A stretch of 64,000 nt of DNA from Flectonema sp. DT1601 (Eukaryota), in NCBI GenBank assembly GCA_964019425.1, contig OZ025792.1:1-64000 (forward strand), in the 5' to 3' direction. A program made the position numbers and the translations under genes. Below the pieces are notes generated by a model that was not told the DNA's origin, did no database searches, and saw only the letters and a program-made list of their open reading frames with translations. Numbering within the stretch: the stretch's first letter is position 1; each line of letters begins with the position of its first letter. This document shows positions 33,812 to 46,240 of this stretch, piece by piece.

Positions 33812-36058
33812 TTAGATTGGAGCGAAAATATCGTAGCAATCAGCAGGAGGCTCATAGTAGTACAAATCTTGGTACTCAGGCATCTCATTTTCGATATCAA
33901 AGTCATCGACAAAAGTCGGAGCGTCTTCGGATACATTTTCAAAGTAAGTAATAATTGATTGGAGTGAGATCCTTTGAGTAATCTCTGCCCAACATTTTAA
34001 TAATACGTTGGACCACAACTGCTCTCCTAGATCACTGAGATTTTCTTGTTTTTGTGGAACTTCATTCCTCTTAATGAGATTGATGACTTGTTGTTTTCGA
34101 TCAACAATAGAATCATCATCTATCATATTAGAATAAGGATAACTACACGTAAGAATCTCATAAAGAGCACAACCAAACCCCCAGACATCATGAGCTGTAG
34201 ACGCTTGAGGAACAGTTGCTTGTAATCCTTCCGGAGGACACCACGCGAGAGGAAGTTTAAACGGAACTGACGATCCTATCTTCGTAGCTGTTTCCATATT
34301 TCCCAAAACAAGCTCATCGTGATTCAAAAAGATATTACGCGCTGCTACACACAAATGAGCTAAACCTAATCCGTGAATGTATGCCAGCGCTCTGGCAATT
34401 GATATCATTTTCAGTGCTAATGGCGCGCGATAATTATGTTCTCCAGACTTGAGAACATCATGTAGTGACTCATTGTAGTACTGAGTCACGAGATATATTG
34501 TTTTATCTTCTCTGGACCAACCGTAAAATCTGACAATGTCTTTCTGTCGCATGAGGCTAAGTAATCTTATTTCTTCGATAAAGTTGGCATTGCGAATGCT
34601 TTTCGATTCCTTTACCGTCACTATTTCTTGATTAGAATATTTGGCGCTAAAAACTTTCCCAAAATAAGCGACGCATTGCTCTTCGAAGTGTGTTAGTTGT
34701 TCTCGAGGGATTTCATGTGATGACGGGAGGGCATCATTAATAACTTGTAGCTCAGAATCGATATGGTCATCATCCAGTAAGGGTTCACTTGTCTTCTTTG
34801 ACTTCTGAAGGATGTACCTAATGACACAGAAGGTTCCTATCAGAACCCATCCAACAACAGCAATAATGATCACCATATTCGACATTTTCACACTGCTGTG
34901 GTGGATTGGCATTGGTGATTCAACAAGGGCAGCGAAAGCACTTCGGGTGAAGGAAATTTTCGTAATATTTTTCAGAAGGTGATTCACAGTTGACGTATCA
35001 GCATGTTGACTCCAAACACTACCCCAAGACACAACATCACCTCTTGTTGTAACAGCCACAAATGATTCTCTGCCTGCATACAACATTTCGACATCTTTCA
35101 AAAGAGAATTCACAGTACTGACCGTCTCTGGATCTGATGCTCCCCAAACGACAACTGTTTTGTTTTTTGTGATCGCTGCAAAGGAGCATTTTGTGCCAAC
35201 AATTTGAATGCTGTCCTTAGCCTCAGCTAATGTGTTCGCATCTGCTTGGCAGCGTTTATCACCCCACACTACAATATCACCAGATGATGTTTGAGCCGCA
35301 AAGGCATCTGTTATAGACACTAAGGAGGTCACGTTTTGTAGTAAATGGTCCACCGTTGCGGAATTGCCTACACCATCTGCGCTGCCCCAATTAACTACCT
35401 TTCCATCGTCACGAATTGCAGCAAATGAGCTAGGGCCCACCAGAACACTAACAACGTCATGTAAATAACTGTCGACAGTAGTTGTGTTCCCACCAGAATT
35501 AGGATCTCCCCAACAGTTTATATTTCCATTCGCTGTTAGCGCAGCAAAAGCGTCGTCATTCGAAAATACTTTCTTGAACGGTGATTTATAATTAGCTTCA
35601 ACATAACGATAACGGTCATCACGACTAATGATACCGATAGTACCTTCTGTTTCTACACACATGAAAGAACTTGGAGAAGTAAATACGTCAGCAACACCTG
35701 ACATCATGTAAGGATCTGGATTATAAGAAAAACCTCCCCAGACCACGAATCTCCCACTCTTTAGAAGAGCACCAAAATTCCTTGTTGTGGACACAATCTT
35801 GGAAGCACCCCCAGCTAGTAACTTCGCTACTGTAGAGCTATCACCACCATAACTGTCCTTACCCCAGGAAATTACAGTTCCGTCATCACGAAGAGCAGCA
35901 AACGCACCCGCATTACCAACAAGAGTAGTCACGTTTTCTAAATCTGAGGGTTTTAAGTACCTAAGAGGTTCACCTCCTGTCAGACTATTTCCCCACGCTA
36001 CGACTGTCGCACTGTATGTCCCAACAATACAGGCAACGAATATCAGGAATTTGTTCAT
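33812..36058 (-). CDS. Single-pass receptor: RCC1-like repeat ectodomain, TM helix, tyrosine-kinase-like pseudokinase
   Basis: Signal peptide; repeats of AFAAL..DG.V..WG...GG; TM MVIIIAVVGWVLIGTFCVI; kinase motifs FGKVF, VTVK, FIEE, IVRFYG, HLCVAARN, LPLAWCPPE, DVWGFG. Confidence 0.85.
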   Translation of the reverse strand: MNKFLIFVACIVGTYSATVVAWGNSLTGGEPLRYLKPSDLENVTTLVGNAGAFAALRDDGTVISWGKDSYGGDSSTVAKLLAGGASKIVSTTRNFGALLKSGRFVVWGGFSYNPDPYMMSGVADVFTSPSSFMCVETEGTIGIISRDDRYRYVEANYKSPFKKVFSNDDAFAALTANGNINCWGDPNSGGNTTTVDSYLHDVVSVLVGPSSFAAIRDDGKVVNWGSADGVGNSATVDHLLQNVTSLVSITDAFAAQTSSGDIVVWGDKRCQADANTLAEAKDSIQIVGTKCSFAAITKNKTVVVWGASDPETVSTVNSLLKDVEMLYAGRESFVAVTTRGDVVSWGSVWSQHADTSTVNHLLKNITKISFTRSAFAALVESPMPIHHSSVKMSNMVIIIAVVGWVLIGTFCVIRYILQKSKKTSEPLLDDDHIDSELQVINDALPSSHEIPREQLTHFEEQCVAYFGKVFSAKYSNQEIVTVKESKSIRNANFIEEIRLLSLMRQKDIVRFYGWSREDKTIYLVTQYYNESLHDVLKSGEHNYRAPLALKMISIARALAYIHGLGLAHLCVAARNIFLNHDELVLGNMETATKIGSSVPFKLPLAWCPPEGLQATVPQASTAHDVWGFGCALYEILTCSYPYSNMIDDDSIVDRKQQVINLIKRNEVPQKQENLSDLGEQLWSNVLLKCWAEITQRISLQSIITYFENVSEDAPTFVDDFDIENEMPEYQDLYYYEPPADCYDIFAPI

Positions 36059-37116
36059 TTATTTCCATTCAACAACACGAGTCTGTGAAGTAGTTATAAT
36101 AAAAAGATCATCTGATCGACACCAGTTGATGACTATCAACTACTATTCTGCTGCCATCTCTGAAATAAATAAATTAGAATGAGGGGATTTAAAAAACCTT
36201 TTTTAAAAAACAAAGATTGATCGAATCTGGAAACTGAAGAAACGCCGCAGGATAACTTGTGAGTCGAGTCACAGGTAGTAGCTGCGAGACATCATTTTGA
36301 ACTCATGGCGCACTTCACGCGGTTCTATAAGCAGTCAAGGGACAAGCATCAACTGCGATAACACAAATACAACGAAAACCGTGTCAACGGAATAGAAAAC
36401 TCACACTTTAATAATGCAATAAAGAAACTAGAAGAAGGCTACACACTAAATATTTAGTTGTCAGCTTCACCTTCTCAGTTACCTTAGCTGAGAATACATT
36501 TTGATTAGACAAAGGGAACGTTATTAACGAGGAAACAATAATGGATTTCTTCACAACGATATTATACATCATTGGGCACTGTTCACCCAACAGCGCAGAT
36601 TTGTATAACCAGATTATTGGGGAGAACAGACTAGACACCCACACAGATATTGGAGGCTACAATTCTCAATCAATGATACGGTGATGCTATTATAAAGTAA
36701 TAAAGTTACTTTGGTCCATCAAAAAAAAAAAGAAATCGAGAAATATGGCTTGCAGAGATTATCACTGTATTTCACTTACTTATAGAACAATAGTAAAAGA
36801 AGAGTGTACTGCGTATCACAGAAACTGATGTCACCAACCAAAACAAATGAACAGAACGAACGACAGCGACGAACACGCGACACGGGCTCAAAAAGAGTAA
36901 AAAGATTTCCTTTTTTTATATATTTTTTATTTTCTATTCTTTTTTTTTTTTTTTTTGAATGAGAATTTCGAACTCCAACAAGAAAAACATTCAACAAGTA
37001 AGTATGTTCGTTAACGTGAACGATAAGAGAGGAATAGGTTGACTTCCTTAACGGTTAACATTCCCTCAACAAGTAAGAAGTAAAGACCTGACTTCATAAA
37101 GTACAGATGAGGTAAT

Positions 37117-39135
37117 CTAACCAATTGATCTCAGAGATGGACCAGCTTGATAAGAAATCATTGAGTCCTCTGCTAACTCATCGTGAGCATCTAATTCATT
37201 AGAATCTGATTCATCTTCGTCTTCATCCGGACAGTCATTTGGTTGAGATAATCCAATAAGCTCCGCATTGCATTCAGTCAGCGTCATCGCCTCATCCGCT
37301 GCAGTCGTATAGCTCGTGTAAGATGGAGCAGTCGTGTCGAGGAGGTTTGAACCTTCTCCAGCGGCAGTCTTCTTTCGAAACTTTCTCGGCTTTCGTAGGG
37401 CATTCTTACGAGCACCAGCCTTCCAGCAACGCCGTTGATAAATCTGACCAATAATTGTAATGATTATCGCTGCTGAGACAACAGACAGCGAAATTGCCAC
37501 CACAGTCTGAGTCTCCCACCCGTTGTCAATGACTATAACGATGTCTGGTACTCCAACTGCGAAAGCGAGGGTACTCGTAGCGAGAATCTTTGCCTTACGA
37601 TTGCCATAAATCTCATCATTTTCATCAGTCAAGGGAAGCTGAGCCGCCCTACCACTTCCCCATGCAATTAGTGATCCGTTAGACTTGATAGCAGCAAAAG
37701 CACTTGATGCCCCACAAAGGCTCACAACATCAGAACGAAGCTTATGAGTAGCAGGCTCCTCAACGACCATGCCCCAGGTTATGACGCGACCTGACTCTAA
37801 CAGAGATGCGTAAGCGCTATTTGCAGCAGTAATTGAGCTGACTCCACTCGATAACACGTTGTTCACTGTCGAAGTGTTGCCTCCGCAGCATCCAAACCCT
37901 CCCCATGCGAAGGCTGCCCAGCCCGACGTTGAGCTCTTTCTTATAGCGACGAATGTCTCCTCGTTACTCGATATTCCGTGTACGCCAACTAATTCAGATT
38001 GTAAAGTCGTACTGTCACCTCCAGCAATGACTGAACCCCAGGAGACAGCAGATCCGTCGACTTTCCAGGCAGCGAATGCCAAAGTGTTGGAAGCAATTCC
38101 AACAACGTCTTCCTTCAGAAGAGATGCGACTGATGTGTAGTTGCCGCCGTTCATTGCGTATCCCCAAGAAACTACACTCCCACCTGATATCTTAGCTGCG
38201 AAAGCATCGCGAGTAGCAACAACATACTCAACGTTGTGAACCATCGAAACCGATGTGACTGTCGCGTCCATTAGTAAGTTCCCCCACGAGACGCAGCTTC
38301 CGTTTTGATGGATCGCTGCGAATGCCTGAGAGGCCGGGTGAATACTTTTTATTGAGGATTGTAAAAACCAACTGACGGTAGTTTGATCTCCTCCACTGGC
38401 AGCATCACCCCAGGTGATGACACGTCCAGACTTAGTGAGGGCGGCGAAGGCGAAGGAGTTCCCGACAACCTGAGTGATGTCGGACTGGAGAAGTGAAGCG
38501 ACGGTGCTGGAGTCACCTCCGCAGTTACTTTTCTGGCAGGACACCCCCCATGTTGCGACTCTCCCGCTGTGAGATAAAGCAGCGAAAGCGAACTCTGTAT
38601 TAGACACGACATTGACGAATGGTATTCTTGATTCAGGTGGTAGATAACCTCCGTAGATATCCTGACCCCAAGCAACCATCGATCCATCGTCTCGAAGAGC
38701 AACGAATGCCATACTGTTGGAGAAGATCTCAATTACTCCGTGGAGCTGTGAAGCAACTGTTGAGGCGTTACCACCAGCTGACTCCTGTCCCCAAGCCATT
38801 ACTTCGAGTCCTTTAATACAAACTGACCTCATTGTTGGGTCTTTAGATTTAACAGTACCTACGACATTGTAAGCGACTCTCTTAAGGACTGGCATGTAAA
38901 AGCATCCGATCGGCAAATTCGGATCATCCATTTCAATAACGAGGTCGTCATGTAAATCTACTCCGTCATTTCTAACGGATTCAAGACATCGATGTCGTAT
39001 AACAAGATTCCTCCATTCCTTATCACATGTCCCTGTTGGCATTAGTATTGTATTATCGTACCATGAAGGACAGCTACTGCTATTGCTACTACTGATAGAG
39101 ATTGACAACAGTGAGATTATCGATATGCATATCAT
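37117..39135 (-). CDS. Single-pass membrane protein with an RCC1-like repeat ectodomain and a short basic/acidic tail
   Basis: Likely ATG at 39135 giving signal peptide MICISIISLLSISIS; about 10 AFAA...V..WG...GG repeats; TM VVAISLSVVSAAIIITIIG; no kinase domain. Confidence 0.82.
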   Translation of the reverse strand: MICISIISLLSISISSSNSSSCPSWYDNTILMPTGTCDKEWRNLVIRHRCLESVRNDGVDLHDDLVIEMDDPNLPIGCFYMPVLKRVAYNVVGTVKSKDPTMRSVCIKGLEVMAWGQESAGGNASTVASQLHGVIEIFSNSMAFVALRDDGSMVAWGQDIYGGYLPPESRIPFVNVVSNTEFAFAALSHSGRVATWGVSCQKSNCGGDSSTVASLLQSDITQVVGNSFAFAALTKSGRVITWGDAASGGDQTTVSWFLQSSIKSIHPASQAFAAIHQNGSCVSWGNLLMDATVTSVSMVHNVEYVVATRDAFAAKISGGSVVSWGYAMNGGNYTSVASLLKEDVVGIASNTLAFAAWKVDGSAVSWGSVIAGGDSTTLQSELVGVHGISSNEETFVAIRKSSTSGWAAFAWGGFGCCGGNTSTVNNVLSSGVSSITAANSAYASLLESGRVITWGMVVEEPATHKLRSDVVSLCGASSAFAAIKSNGSLIAWGSGRAAQLPLTDENDEIYGNRKAKILATSTLAFAVGVPDIVIVIDNGWETQTVVAISLSVVSAAIIITIIGQIYQRRCWKAGARKNALRKPRKFRKKTAAGEGSNLLDTTAPSYTSYTTAADEAMTLTECNAELIGLSQPNDCPDEDEDESDSNELDAHDELAEDSMISYQAGPSLRSIG

Positions 39136-39550
39136 GTTGTCATGGAGGCTGTAAAGATGATTAACTGTAAACAAGACTAACGATAGCAACATAACCACCT
39201 CATTGATGATATTGAAGTCTTGTTAATAAAGTGTTTTTAAATATAAATAAACAACCCAACAGGACGGTAAACCTCCGACAAGGAAAGGAACTAAAAGCAG
39301 CGGCTGAGAAATGGCAGCAGAGCTCTGTAAAGAAGAAGCTGCATATTGATAAGTGTAAATAAATAATTAAAGGAAATATTCGCGCTGGTGCTCTGTACGA
39401 GCAGCTACAGCATTGTGTGAATGAGCTCTTCAGACTTTAGTACTTGGCGTGCCTGATTCCAATTTATTGGAAAAGGATCTGAGGTAAAGTACACTTGTTG
39501 GGACTCGAAAGATGGTGATCTGTACTACCTGCGAGCTGGTTCGGCAATTG

Positions 39551-42500
39551 CTAAGTAAGTAACCAACTCTTAACATATGGCTTTCCCGACAGCTTTCTCA
39601 TTGCGACACCGTCACCAACAGTGTTCCAACCGATTAGAGGAGCAGTGAATGAATGATCTGATTCTGGTGTAGGTGATCGTCTCGCATTCGAACGTTTTGA
39701 TGACATCGCGTAGTTGCTCCCCCTCAGAAGGGTTGGAAGTGATCTCTCATCACTACTTCGACGAGTTCTTAAATGACGTCCTTGCTGCTGTTGATGTGAC
39801 GGCGTATTCGACTGAGCTGAGAGCTCAATTGGAACCAACCTACTCGGCTTCTGTTGGGACTCTGTGGCTTTCAGCGCGGCCAGTATACCTCTCTCTGTAG
39901 TAACGGCTCTCTTGTGACTTCTATTCGCGAAATGAGTCCAAATGTTGTTGTCTCCCTTGATGATCGACTCTACTGTGTCACCTGGAGTTCCGTATTTAAG
40001 ACTCAAGTTGGGATCATACAGAACTTCTGGTATTTGATTCCCACCATTCGCAACAGTGATCGAGTTACTCTCGTCTTGCTGTTCTCTCGTTGACACTAAT
40101 TCTCCCTGAGATGCTACTGGAGGCGCTTTTATTAGAAGCGGTGATACGAAGGTTTCATATTTTTGTTTTGCGTGGCTGCTGATGTTATTGCTGGCTGTGG
40201 TCTTCTCGCTACTATTTTTATTTTTTCCATTAGTGTTGTTGCTCTGAATTACTTGCTGAATTAGAGATCCAGACATCAGAGCTGATAATTCGGTTCCGGA
40301 CTTCTGCATCTTCGCAATCTGAGAAGAACTTCTATAAAAGACGGTGTAGTGTTGGAGGAGTTTACTGAAGTCGTACTCGTCTGATGTCGCCAGTTGATCT
40401 TCCTCTGGCTCTGCGCTGTCAGCTTTTGATTCACTTGTTTCGAAAGTAACTAAACTGGCGACTGACTTCTTTTGAGTTGTTGCTTGCGGAGGACTCGCTG
40501 CCAACACACAGCCGAGAGATGTTCCCCTACTGGCTGCCAAACTTTGATGTCTCGAAAACCTACGAGACTCTCGAAGTGTTCTGGCAGCAGCTGGATTGTG
40601 TGGATGAGGAATGTCGTTATGCTTTTGGCGATCCTTACATCGCATGTCGAGAGTGAAGTATCCAGGTAGCTGTGCCTTAGCAAGGTAAGCTATCTTCTCA
40701 CCCCAAAGACTTCGGATAGTAACCTGACAATCACCTCCAGCAGACATAATACACCAAGGGTTATCAATTAACTGTAATGCAGTAATCCCATCGTTATGAC
40801 CTTTCCAAGAATGTAAATATCTCGCTGTCGTTATGGAGCTGCGTAATTCTGGTGCCCGACGTGGTCCGCCTGTTTTGCGGATTCGTTGAACAGGGTATGC
40901 TTGACTTTGAGAACTTGCGAACGGATCCTGGTAGTTAGATAGCACTGATGAGGTTTCACAATCATCAGTTTGTCTGCTGATTAAGTTAGAGTCTAGTCCA
41001 GCTTTTATAGAAAAGATATTAATAATACCAAGATCATCAGCTGTGTACAACAGAGCAAGGTCTGGGTAGAAGGCCATCGCTACTACAGTTGGTGTATATC
41101 GAGAACCACTATGAGGATGATTATTTACCCATCGAGACATGCAAGTGTAAGGAGTTCTAACGTCACTGCCGCTCAGCGTCCAAGTGTGTAGTCCTCCACT
41201 GCAATCAGCCGCTGCAAAGCAGGGAAAGGGTTTTAGTGGGATGACACAAGTTATTTCTGATGTCAATGGGCTACTAGTACATCCACTGTGCTTCCTCCAC
41301 TGCAGTGAGATGCCAGTACTAATTGGCTGTGCTTGCCAGACAGAAACAACATTCTGTCCTTCCCCGATCATAAAAATATTCATTTCTTGGTAAAGTGTTA
41401 AAACCTTTGCATCAATACGACTTGAACGTCCACCCGTAAGAGTGAATGAAGTAGAGTTCAAGTCACCACTATCATCATCATCAATAACAACAGTAAGAAC
41501 TCCATCACTTGTGATAGAGAGAAGATAAGGAGTTCTTGGAATTGATATCATCGAAAGTATTTCACAATTAGATGGCAGCTGTACTTTCGATATCGCTGCG
41601 CAGCTACTCATTGAAACGGACACAACAGCTCCATCGTAACAACCCAGGTAACACTTTCGACCTGTTTGTCTTATTGTAAGAATGTAATATCCGTATCAAG
41701 TCACTCTAAAGAATAATAACAAACCTTCATCATCAACAACAACAACTCGAATGTCTTCCTTAGCCACATCATCTAATGAAAGCATTATCCTTCCACTTCT
41801 GTGATCCCAAACCTTAACATCCTTCCGACTGCAGGTAATAAAAGAAGAGAGTTTCTCGTTATAAATGGCTGTTGAGATCCCGAAGTCCATCGCAGATTTC
41901 GGATCGATTGATTTCCCCTGCAGGTTGTACTGAAAGACGTATGCTCTTCGTTTAGCAGCTGTAATAATTTGTTTAGTACCTGGATGATAAATAAATCCTC
42001 TCCATTTTAGTGTGCGAAGTTCTTCTTTTGAAGCGTTCGGTTCACAAAAGATAGTCTGCACACACAACAGGGTCCTAACATCCCAAATCTTGAGCATCCC
42101 ACTGACATCTAACGATGCGCATTGTGGAGTACAGGGGATTTGAATTATCCCAACAATAGGACTGCAGTGAGGCTTCGCTCCGTCTCTCAGTAGGAACGGT
42201 TTTGAATTCGGAACATTAATAACCCAAGCAAGGGGAGTATATTCATGACCAGCAGACACGAATAAATTATACTGTTGGCTGTATGACAAGTGACAGACTC
42301 CTCTCTTATGACCTCTTAAAGTCTTAACCAGCTGCATTGTTCTCAAGTTCAGACAATTAATAGTAGTGTCTAAGCTGCTTGTTACTAAGTTCCCATCGAA
42401 CGGTAAAAACAACATATCAGTTATGGCGTCGCTATGCTGCTTTACAACGATGTCAATAATTGGTTCTGGTGCCTTAACAGCAAGAGCCTCATTCGGAACA

Positions 42501-43651
42501 AAGAAATTCGTCTTCTCCAGCATCGATATATTCCACACTTGTAATTCACCAGTTCGAAGTCCCACATATAATCTGTTGGGAATGTGATATTTGTTATGTT
42601 GTAAGCTGTCAGTTATTAAACATAAAAAGACAAACCTATTTGTTTGTGAGTTCCATTTTACACAAGTCGTCGAGCTGCCGTTTTTTCGTTTCATGCGGAG
42701 TGTGTACGTCTTTAAATCGTAAGCCCTGATGAAGGTATCGGCAGTGCAGATAATTAAGATATCGAAATCTAAAATAACCTCACTTGCAGTGAGATATCCA
42801 TGTTCTTCAGCAACGACGTACTCTTTCTGAGTTCGAAATGTGACGTCGTCGAGTAATTTAATAACGTGAGACTCTTTGTCACGAGAGTGGACCAGCAGTG
42901 ATCCAATCTTTGGAATGTGACGAAAGTAATTAACCTTATGAAAGGCAGGAGTTACATCTCTGTGGGCTAGTGTATAAAGTCGAATGTCGTCCTTCGAGGT
43001 CACTCCGGCTCTCCCCTTCATCGTCGAGTCAAATAAATAAGCTAGAAAGTTATCCCAGGTAACGAAACTAGTCTTGTTATGATCAATTGCCTTAAAGAGA
43101 TGCCAGAGTGAGAACTCAGTTGATACTCGGGATGCGAAGAAGTCGACAACGACTTTGTCATCCCCCGCTGAAATACTTTCCCACTTATATCTCATGCATC
43201 CTTCCCATCGTTTAATCTCCTCGCGGAGAGAGTCGCCTTCTCGGGATTCCAGGAATTGAGGAGAAGACGCATTTTGGTAAATCTTTGAACTTTTTATTAT
43301 CCCAAACACCTGTTGGAACCCTCCCGTCAGTGAATGGGTTCCAACTTGTCTCGCTGACTGTAAAGCTAATTCTGTTTGTTTTTCAATAAAATCACTTATC
43401 ATCATAACAAACCCGTACAACGATAAAGGTTTTGAGTAACAACCCTGCAACGTCTTCATCGATGACTCCAATCGCTGTACTAATGCGACGGCGAAGTTCC
43501 TCGCTGCGACGTTCCAATTTGACAATCCTTCTTGTTGACCATTTCCTATTTCAGGATTGTCTTCCTCTTCCTCAAGTGTTTCATCGTCAATCTCACTTAA
43601 AATGTTTTGATGTCTTTCACTTGGCTCGTCTACGAATCGAGCTTTCTTCAT
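39551..43651 (-). CDS. EF-hand + WD40-repeat protein (WDR49/WDR64/EFCAB8-like), 3 exons, ~1324 aa
   Basis: Two track ORFs join through intron 41662-41724 (DDE-G|RKCYLG). An in-frame 63-nt intron at 42573-42635 removes an aberrant insert. EF-like LFKAIDHNKTSFVTWDNFLAYL; WD motifs LRGHKRGV, LKIWDV, KVWD, WKGHNDGIT. Confidence 0.85.
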
Positions 43652-43723
43652 GTCATCTATCTGTTTAGAAAGTTAATTGATAACTCAAAAACACCAGAGG
43701 AAAAAAGAAAACAGATAACAAAA

Positions 43724-44197
43724 TTAAAAAGACCGTTTTACTTTTTTCTTCTCTCTTTGGACTCGCAGTGTTTCCACAATCGTGTTACGAGGAACTTCGT
43801 TAATGAGATCCTCCAAACGAGAAGTTACGTATCCACAAATAGACTGAACGCGTAGTCTAAGCGCTTCTATTTCCATAATAAGAAGAAGTTTCTGGTGATC
43901 TAATTTACTTCTCGTGCAGGTAGTCAGCGGTTGCTGGAAGTCTTCTTCTATGTCTGACAGCTTAGATTCGAGTTGTTCTATTTCACAATCAATTGTGTAA
44001 GTATCTTTAAATAATATCTCAAGTTGTGTTAAAATAGAAGACTGGTTCTCAATTACTTGACCTCTCACAAGGATTGATGAGGCTTCCATTCCATCAAAGA
44101 ACTCGCGATGTTCTTCTTTTGATGGTAATGAACATCTGTGGTCATCGAGCTCGAGAAACTTTTCAACTACCTTATCTCGTAGAGAATGAGAAGACAT
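43724..44197 (-). CDS. Hypothetical coiled-coil protein, 157 aa
   Basis: ATG ORF on the coding strand with heptad-like E/L/I content; no motif recognised. Confidence 0.6.
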   Translation of the reverse strand: MSSHSLRDKVVEKFLELDDHRCSLPSKEEHREFFDGMEASSILVRGQVIENQSSILTQLEILFKDTYTIDCEIEQLESKLSDIEEDFQQPLTTCTRSKLDHQKLLLIMEIEALRLRVQSICGYVTSRLEDLINEVPRNTIVETLRVQREKKKVKRSF

Positions 44198-45125
44198 CGA
44201 TCGTGTAAATAATTATTTCAAAGGCGGCATTTAATTCACCTGACCTGCTGATTAATGCAAAAAAAAAACAAGAGGGGGGGAAAAAAAATAATATTTTTTC
44301 ACGTTACGCTAATAGATTCTTATATAAAACGGATTTTGGGACTTTTCTTTTTCATTCTTTCTTTCACTTTCATTTCTTTTTTAGTTCACGTAATACCAAA
44401 CAACGGAGAGTCCGAATCCAAGCAGGCAATAAATGCTTCGAAATGGAGACACGATAATCGCTTCGTAGTTGTAGCAGCGCATTCGCTTCCCTTTCAGGAC
44501 TTACCGTTTTGTTGATTCTTATGTCGCACAAACAAAAATAAACAAAAAAAAAAAAAAAAAAAAAGGTGGTGTATTTTTTCTCCCCAACTCCCAGAAGTGG
44601 AGAAATAATATGAAAAGACTTTTTAAAAAAAAAAAGAACCGTATCAAGGTACATATATTTATGGGCAAATTGCGAGTAATTTATCGAATTCTTCCTCAAG
44701 AAGACTACTTGTGGAGGACAAATTTCGCCTCCCAATCAAAAATCGACACAAAGAAAAAAAAAAAAAGAGATCGAAAAATTGGGAAAATTGGGCCCGAAAT
44801 AACACAATAATAATTTGCTGCATGATTGGTTCTATTTTTCTCACGGAAGTGACGTATTGAATATAATAACACAGATAAGAACGTTTCTACTAACCAAAGT
44901 CACACAGGTCATGTAGTGGACTTGTTAGTAAACAAAAACAGATATGTTTCAACGGGAGTTGGAAACAACAACGACTACTGTAATTTGATACTAAAATCAA
45001 CAATAGCAATACAGAATAATTTATCTACATGAGAACTCCTCATGTGAACAAGGAATGCATGGAGAACTCAGCCAGTTATGCGTTCAGAGTGACAACAGTC
45101 AGTTGTCACAAAGATCTGGAGAGGG

Positions 45126-45605
45126 CTATGCGGCAGCTAATTGTACTTCACGCACGCGGACTAACAAAAATGCAACCAAAACAGCAACAGTTGGAGTCAC
45201 CACAAGAACTACTGGCGGACCTTCATAAGTAACCTCATCATCATTATCAATGTAGTAACCAGTCTCTAAACAAACAGGTGTTGTGAAGTCCCAATTGGTA
45301 TCTAAACTGGGGCAGCTTGTTTTACAAAGTACCGGCTGTTTATTGTTATTGGGTTGTTTTGTTCTTTTATTCATCAAACATAACACCTTCAATCACCAAG
45401 AAACATAAGTACATACCTGACACTGCCAAGCCCCAAGATCATTATGCAATTCAAATACACAAGAAACACCCGCATCTATCATACTTCCGTTTACACAACT
45501 TGTGGCGTTTTCTGCAGTTGCAGTAACGTTAGGCGGCAATACTAAGTCGGAAACGTTGCACGTTTGCGCAACGTGCAGAGTCATGACCATCGCCAATATT
45601 GACAT
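45126..45605 (-). CDS. Small Cys-rich secreted/surface protein with a C-terminal hydrophobic anchor, 2 exons, ~132 aa
   Basis: Intron 45336-45416 (GTATGT...AACAG) joins WQCQ|PVLCK in frame; signal-like N-terminus, several N-x-S/T sites, hydrophobic VVLVVTPTVAVLVAFLLV. Confidence 0.72.
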
Positions 45606-46240
45606 GTTTTATTATTTTTTTTAATTCAAAATATCGTTTTTTGAAAGAAAATTCCTGAATTGAGAAAGTAAACATCAAACTCTTCGACACGATTCTCAAA
45701 ACTACGCAAACAACACTTTGACACCCACCACAGATAGAGGTACGATTTATCGTCAATAATTAGTAGTGTGATATCTAACAGCGCATGTCAAAGTAAAACG
45801 CAAACAAAATGTGAAGAGTCGTCACATTCGCAGATCCAGCGAAAAATATTCAAACGGAGAGGAAGAAAACAAACGTAACATACAACTGAGACTCTATCCT
45901 GTTTACAGGCTCAGCTATAAGTGATTATTACACAATAGTCACGTAAAGGGTGGAAGAAAAATGAGAAGTTACTCATTTAGGTGTGGACAGAGCCATCAAA
46001 ATATTAAAATGAAGTTATGTGTCAACCAATCGGTTGATACAAAGTACGAGAGATAGTCGTTCTCGTCAAAATTCTAATCTTTTAACTTCAAAAAATAAAT
46101 ATAATCACAACGACAACATCATTGTCAAGGAATCCATCCAACTCACAACAAAACGTATTAACTCTTACAGTCACGTAGGGCTTGCTAATACTCATGCTCA
46201 TGATGGTACTGTTATGAGGAGTGTTTCCCAAATAGATAAA

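Noticed and set aside
44370..44850. Possible small gene between the coiled-coil and secreted-protein genes
   Set aside because: No consistent start, frame or splice model, and homopolymer-rich.
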